Program-made: the position numbers and the translations under genes
DNA from: Octopus bimaculoides
Taxonomy: Eukaryota
Reading direction: 5' to 3'
Assembly: GCF_001194135.2 (NCBI RefSeq)
Contig: NC_068996.1
Span: 54,525,474 to 54,582,735 of the forward strand
DNA length: 57,262 nucleotides
Notes under the pieces: generated by a model
Database searches by the model: none
The model's input: the letters and a program-made list of their open reading frames with translations, nothing else
Told to the model about the DNA's origin: nothing
Shown: one piece after another, positions 51,500-57,262 of the stretch
How the letters are laid out: every line of letters starts with the position of its first letter
Numbering within the stretch: position 1 is the first letter of the stretch

Positions 51500-52830
51500 C
51501 TGTTGACTTCTTGACAACAAATGAAGGTGACATCATCATCACTGCTAGTAAATTTAATGGACATGTCGGGAAACATTATCATGGTTTCTCTGACAAGCAT
51601 GAAGGATACAGGTATAGCATAAGGAATATGAAGGGATCAAAGTTCCCAGAATTTTGTGATGCAAATGACCTAACCTTTTGCAATATTAACTTCAGGACAC
51701 CAGCCAACCTGATCACCAACCAGTCTGGAACGCACAAGCCAGATATACTCTATTCTGACCAGAAAACAAGACAGGTAGATTGTAATAAATGTCATGTCTT
51801 TCTTTGCTGAAGAATGTACCAGCAAACATGGATTAGTGATCAGTGATCTTAGAGTAGGACCAACATAGACTCAGAAACAAAGGGTTGCTTGAAGGCAGAA
51901 GACATGGACATTTTTTTTAAAAAACTGTCAGTCACTTGTGAAATCAGAGAAGTTCTAATTGATGGAAGAGAAAATAAAGACTTATGATAGAGGACAAAAT
52001 TGGAAACTCCTACATGGGAAATTTGCTGAAGCTACTGACCAAACCTGTGATTCTTGAAAGGTTCCAAACAAACCAACAGGAACATGGAAGTAGGACAATG
52101 AAGTAGGCAAGAGAAGAGGTAAGCTTGGAAAGACAAGAAAAGGTGCAGCAAAGAGCAATAAACAATCAGCTAGAAGAGAACCTAGGCACCAGCTATACGT
52201 AATGACACAGGAAGCAGAAAGTAAGAGTTGTGAAGTAATATGGATTATAAGGCAATGTACTAGGAACAAATCAAGAAGTCATTAGGAAGAAATGTATACA
52301 GAATGATAGAAGTACACTTGCTCTTTCCATTGCTGACAAGAAAGAGAAGTGAATGTGCTGTTTTGAGAGGTCGCTAAATGTGTAGAATACATGGGAGAGT
52401 GAAGCTGCTCTGTTGAGGATGTGATTGCTCTGAGTAAAAACAGGCTGGAGAAAGTTCAACTGCATGGTGAGACACAGGCCTTGAATACAGAGGACTTGAG
52501 AAAACAGGAAAGAAATGAAGCTAGTACGCTCTCTTAGATGTGCAATGTAAGTGAATGGCATAGAATAAATATGTTGAGAGAAAAACTGGACAGAAGAGAA
52601 ATCAGTTGTAGTATGCAAGAAAGAAGACTGAAACATACACATGAAGCATAAGGACAGATGTATAAAGAAGTACTAATGATGAAATGTGACTGGAACCTGT
52701 GGACAAGGAAAAACATGGGATAAAGTGGTGAAGGTTGAACTCAGGATCCTGAGTCTCACAGAGGAAATGACAAAAGACCAGAATAACTGGTGTTATGCAG
52801 TACTCAGGAAGTACACCCCACCTTGACAAA
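51500..52830 (+). mobile_element. RTE LINE remnant (APE endonuclease to 3' end, internally deleted)
   Basis: SKFNGHVGKH...EFCDANDLTFCNINFRTPA..LIT, EECTSKHGLVISD, and KTWDKVVK..LRIL.LTEEMTKD at the end. Confidence 0.8.
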
Positions 52831-53291
52831 AGTGGGTTCTGGTAGACCTACACACGCATACACACACACACACATAAATACAACTGGGTGCTTGGCCTAA
52901 TTTCCTTCCTCCTCAAGACATCTACAATCACACCATCCATCACTTCCCTAAATGCAGTTCTTCCTTGCACTTCATTCCATCCACATAATCATTGCCAATA
53001 TTGAACCACCAAATTACCTCTCCTCCTCCTCCACCATACATCTCACCCTCTTCATGCAACTGCTTCTTTCTCCTCAATCCATTCATGCAACCGACCCAGT
53101 AGCATTGTCATCTCTCATAATTCTATTTACTCTATCATCATTTTTATTCTGCTGCTCAGCATTATCAGACACCCCCCCCCTATTCCCCTACTAACTCCTG
53201 GACTCTCTGTTTCATTCATTTCTACCCATCTCATACCTTGAAGACCCATTCTGACATCTCATCACCATTATTTTTATCTCTTTCCTATTCC

Positions 53292-53472
53292 ACCCTTTTA
53301 CTCCTACCCTCCTCTCTACCCTTTTACTCCTACCCTCCTCTCTACCCTTTTACTCCTACCCTCCTTTCCACCCATTTACTCCTACCATCTTATCCACCCT
53401 TTTACTCCTACCCTCCCTGCCACCCTTTTACTCCTACCCTTCTCTCCACCCTTTTACTTCTACCCTCCTCTA
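53292..53472. repeat. 26-bp pyrimidine-rich minisatellite (ACCCTTTTACTCCTACCCTCCTCTCT) x7
   Basis: Units start at 53292, 53318, 53344, 53370, 53396, 53422 and 53448. Confidence 0.9.
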
Positions 53473-53619
53473 TTCTAAAATGTATACACTGATATTATTT
53501 CTCTACAGCAAGAAACTTGTTCCACTCTGAACCTTTTCTCTTATAATTTACCGTTCTCTACTCCTCTCATTGCATAAAATTGACCCCTTTCGGGTCCATA
53601 GTCTTGCAAACCTACATGA

Positions 53620-53820
53620 TGGTGACATCACTAATGTTGGTGACATGAAGAAAGCACCCAATACACTCAATGAAGTGCATCTAGGAAGGGCATCAGGAAG
53701 GGCATCTAGTCACAGAAACCAAGCCAAAGCAGGCATTGGAGCATGATGCAATGATTGGATCCAGCAGATCCTCCCAAACTGTCCAAGCCACATCAGCATG
53801 AAACATGGACTTTGAATATT
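53620..53820 (+). repeat. Probable SINE-like repeat 3' portion
   Basis: AAGCACCCAATACACTC...GGAAGGGCATC...AGCATGAAACATGGAC segment; family not assignable. Confidence 0.35.
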
Positions 53821-54168
53821 AGTGATAGGAATGCTCACTTGCCTCCTTGGCAGGATTGTAGCCTCCTGGAAGATGATATAAATTCTCTGACTGATAACTT
53901 TGCAAAGTGTTTCCTGATAGAAAGGCCAAAAACTTAGACATGTGAACAAAACAGTTCTGTGGCCCATCTAGGAGAGCATTGACTTCAAATAAGAAGTGAC
54001 TTGGACATGTCAATACAAGGAAAACAGGAAAAAAGAGTTATACAAAGGAAGAATAATAATAATGCCATTGAGAGGGTGATGACAGCAACAGCAACAACAA
54101 CAACAGATAACAATGATGATGAAAGATAATTGTAAACTTATGTTATCTAATTGAGATATAATACTTAC

Positions 54169-54370
54169 CCAAATGTTTGCAAGAAAGGGGACATAAAGAA
54201 TTTTCCTTGACAGTGACTCTAAACCAACAACAATAAAGTTCAATAGGGTCCAAATGAACAAGTGTTCCCTCATTCCGTGCCAGTAAAACACATAGCAAAA
54301 ACTCACAGCAGACGCAAGAAGTTGTTTTATTATGCCATTATGAGATCCACCAGCAGGAACATAAATATAC
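54169..54370 (-). CDS. HHAT: HHAT-like MBOAT acyltransferase, internal coding exon carrying the catalytic His
   Basis: Acceptor ttccag|G and donor TGG|gtaagt; 202 bp. Encodes (R)YIYVPAGGSHNGIIKQLLASAVSFCYVFYWHGMREHLFIWTLLNFIVVGLESLSRKILYVPFLANIW, matching the HHAT RYVYIPVGGS...FVSYWHG...LNW segment. His codon at 54279-54277. Confidence 0.92.
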
Positions 54371-54474
54371 CTGGAAGAGAACAAAAATAAATATCTTGAT
54401 AAAACATACGTTATAAGAAATAAGGTTAATTTCAGATCTTACCAGTCATGGCTGTGTAATTAACTTCACTTTGT

Positions 54475-54850
54475 GGCTGTGTGGTAAGAAGTTTCCTTCC
54501 CAACCACATGGTTCCAGGTTCAGTATAGCTATGTGTGTGTCTGTGATTGTCTTCCACTATCATTTGATAACTGGCATTGATGTGTTTGCATCCATGTAAC
54601 TTGGCGGTTTGACAAAAGAGATCAACAGAATAAGTACAAGACTTTCAAAAAAAATAAGTACTGAAATCAATTTGTTTGACTAAAAGTCATCAAGGCAGTG
54701 CCCCAGCATGACCATAGTCTAAATGACTGAAACAAGGAAGGTATGCTTTGAGGATCCATTCCACATCATGGCACCTTGGGCAAGTTATTTCTACTCCAGA
54801 TTTGGGCTGCCAAATGTTTCATTAGTGAAATCTGATAGACAGAAACTGTA
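54475..54850 (+). mobile_element. Family-B SINE plus a partial second head (upstream HHAT intron)
   Basis: GGCTGTGTGGTAAGAAG head and TGACTGAAACAAG tail; a second GGCACCTTGGGCAAG segment at about 54770-54850. Confidence 0.8.
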
Positions 54851-55504
54851 CAGAAGTATATTCTCTCTCTCTTTCTCCCTCTCTCCCTCTCTCCCTCTTT
54901 CTCCCTCTCTCCCTCTCACTTTCTGTGAATGTGCATGCATGTGTATGTGTTCAATATGCGACAGAGCTCAGCAATTTCTATATATGAAGACCCATGGAAT
55001 TATTAAATATCTAACTTCAAACATAAATGTTGGTGACAGAATTGGTACAGACACATAGAAAATGCTTCAACAAGTGTTGACCAATAAATGCCAATAGAGA
55101 AAAAGCAGATGCAAAAATGATAATGAAATGAGCAATGCGATAAATTCCAGTTGCAATGTATTGAAAGGAGAGAAACTTCTTAAGACCAAAATAATGAAAT
55201 GGGGGAAACTCAAAGCTGTAATTGTTGATGCAGATATCCATGCTATGTAGTCATGGACAGATTTACTTGAGCAGACTTAGAGTACAAAAGTAACAAGCTA
55301 AAACCAACTTATAAGTTACTGCCAAGCTCTACATCTACAATCTACAATCTGCAAATACTGGCAAACAGTTGAAGAATTGACTGTATAGCTTTCTATAGCC
55401 AAATAAAAATATGAACCTAAAGAACAACACTTTCTCTTCTACACCATCTTTAAATTTCATGCAAAGCTGGATCCTGAGCCTAATCTATTGCTAACACACA
55501 ATCT

Positions 55505-57010
55505 CTGCAGCTGCAGAAAACAGTGTTATTAGGGACAGCTCGGATACTTAGGAAGGTTCTTAGTATTTTGGCCACACACTTGGATAAGTGAGTGTTTGGG
55601 TATATTCAGTATACCCAATAATCAGTATACCCAAGAGAATTAATTAGCTTTAGCATGAAGAAATAGAAAGTAGATCTCTACTCAGGTGACAGCTTTATGG
55701 AAAATTAATATCAAGAGAAGAATTTTCCAAGGAGACTCGTTATTCCCTTTAATATTTGTCTTATGTTTAATCCCCCTCATTTTAGTAGGGATGAAATCAG
55801 AGCAAACTGGTCCGAACCTAGTGAAGGCTGTAAATATTTGGGCATTTTAGATACTCAGCAGCTTTTGTAGATTGGACAAAATCTGAATTAGTAAATCCAG
55901 ACATAAGAACTAGGAAGAAATTTGGTATGGATGGAGGATTTCACCCAAAAGCAGGAGTAGCAAGATTATATTCAATTAGAAAGGAAAGTGGAAGAGGGTT
56001 AATATCAGTAGAAGACTGCCTAGAGTTAGCTAGAGTAGATATAGATTCCTATGTAAGTAATAGTGAAGAAAGTTTATTAAGAGCTGCTAGAGTCACAGCA
56101 AGACAAAGGAAAACCGAAAAGCCAAACAAAGTTAAAAACCAGAAAAAAGAAGAAAGATTATTTGATTGGTAAGAGAAGGTTTTGCTTGGTAAATTCTCAA
56201 CGATAGTTGCAGGAAATAGTAATAGGGAGACATATTTATGGTTACAGAAAGGAAGGCTGAAAAGGAGACAAAAAGTTTAATGCACAAGATCAGGCATTGA
56301 GGACTAATTGGATAAAAGCTAAGATAGACAAAAACCAAGTAGAGTCTCAATGTAAGTAATATAAATCAAAAGAGGAAAGTGTTACTCATATAGTAAGTGA
56401 AGGTAGCATGTTGGTACAGAAAAAATACAAGAAAAGACATGACAACTAGGTGTCATGTAGAAAGCTAAGATTTGACCATACTGATAATGGTATGAACATG
56501 AACCTAGTAAAATACTAGAAAATAAGAAATATAAGATTTTGTGAGACCTTAACATTCAGACTGACCAAATAATAGAAGCTAGGTCTGATTTAATAGTTTT
56601 AGACAAATAGAATAGAAAGTGCTTGTAACTGATTATACGGTCCCAAATGATGAGAAGTATAGGAGTCAGAGAATTGTAAGATTTTGTGGGACTTTCCTAT
56701 TCAAACAGACAAGAAGCTAGAAAATAACAAACCAAACATAGCAATAATAGACATGGAAAAGCAAAGATGTTTACTAATTGATTCATCATGTCCATTTGAT
56801 TCTAGAATCATAAAGAAAGAAAATGAAAAACAAAAAAATACAAACATCTAAAATTTGAAACTGCAAGAACTTGAAGTTTGAAAACTGTAAAGGTTTTGTC
56901 TATAATAACTGGTGCATTGGGAACTGTAAGCAAAGATATTAGACAAATGGTTGAAGGAGATTGAAATGGAAAGCTCTGTAGAGCTTCTATCAGGAGAGTC
57001 TTAAGCACTT
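55505..57010 (+). mobile_element. Degenerate R4/Dong-like (RLE) non-LTR retrotransposon fragments
   Basis: QKTVLLGTARILRKVLS (55515-55565), INIKRRIFQGDSLFPLIF, KYLGIL, HPKAGVARLY...GRGLISVEDC, AQDQALRTNWIK, CCHC remnant and KILWDFPIQTD...RCLLIDSSCPFD RLE motifs; many stops and frameshifts. Confidence 0.85.
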
Positions 57011-57049
57011 GAAAGACTATTGAAAGATTGAATGAAACTTTAAGGGAGG

Positions 57050-57220
57050 AGACCTGTCAATTATATTGATCCCAGTGTATAACTGGTACTTAATTTATCA
57101 ACCCCAAAAGAATGAAAAGCAAAGTTGACCCCAGCAGAATTTGAACTCAGAGCTTAAAAATGGACGAAATGTCACTAAACATTTTGCCCTGCATTTTAAT
57201 GATTCTGCCAGCTCGCCGCC

Positions 57221-57223
<3 letters not shown>
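57050..57223 (-). mobile_element. Family-A SINE adjacent to (TAA)n
   Basis: Reverse complement of the AAGGCGGCGAGCTGGCAG head and core; (AAT)n from 57223 to the window end. Confidence 0.85.

Positions 57224-57262
<39 letters not shown>

Noticed and set aside
55017-55241. 74-aa hydrophobic minus-strand ORF as an upstream HHAT exon
   Set aside because: It does not align convincingly to HHAT, lacks the expected WRxFDxG motif and has no supportive splice sites; it sits among TE debris.

Overview
AT-rich, microsatellite-dense eukaryotic scaffold with several N gaps. The repeat landscape suggests a coleoid cephalopod, probably Octopus (inference). The only host gene recognised is the 3' end of a Hedgehog acyltransferase-like MBOAT gene (HHAT) on the minus strand: three coding exons at 54370-54169, 43502-43358 and 42594-42431, with GT-AG sites, consistent phases and the catalytic YWHG His. 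Upstream exons were not found in the window. The rest is mostly decayed mobile DNA: a Gypsy pol remnant, two solo LTRs with 4-bp TSDs, Penelope-like RT and GIY-YIG fragments, RTE, CR1 and R4/Dong-like (RLE) LINE pieces, mariner, maT and Tc1 remnants, hAT MITEs, Helitrons and many tRNA-derived SINEs. The least expected signal is about nine minimal type-I hammerhead-ribozyme motifs with palindromic stem III in several unrelated carrier repeats. One lies downstream of a tRNA-derived Pol III head, forming a SINE-plus-ribozyme element at 21257-21595. All translations, alignments and folds were done by eye, and most repeat boundaries are approximate.
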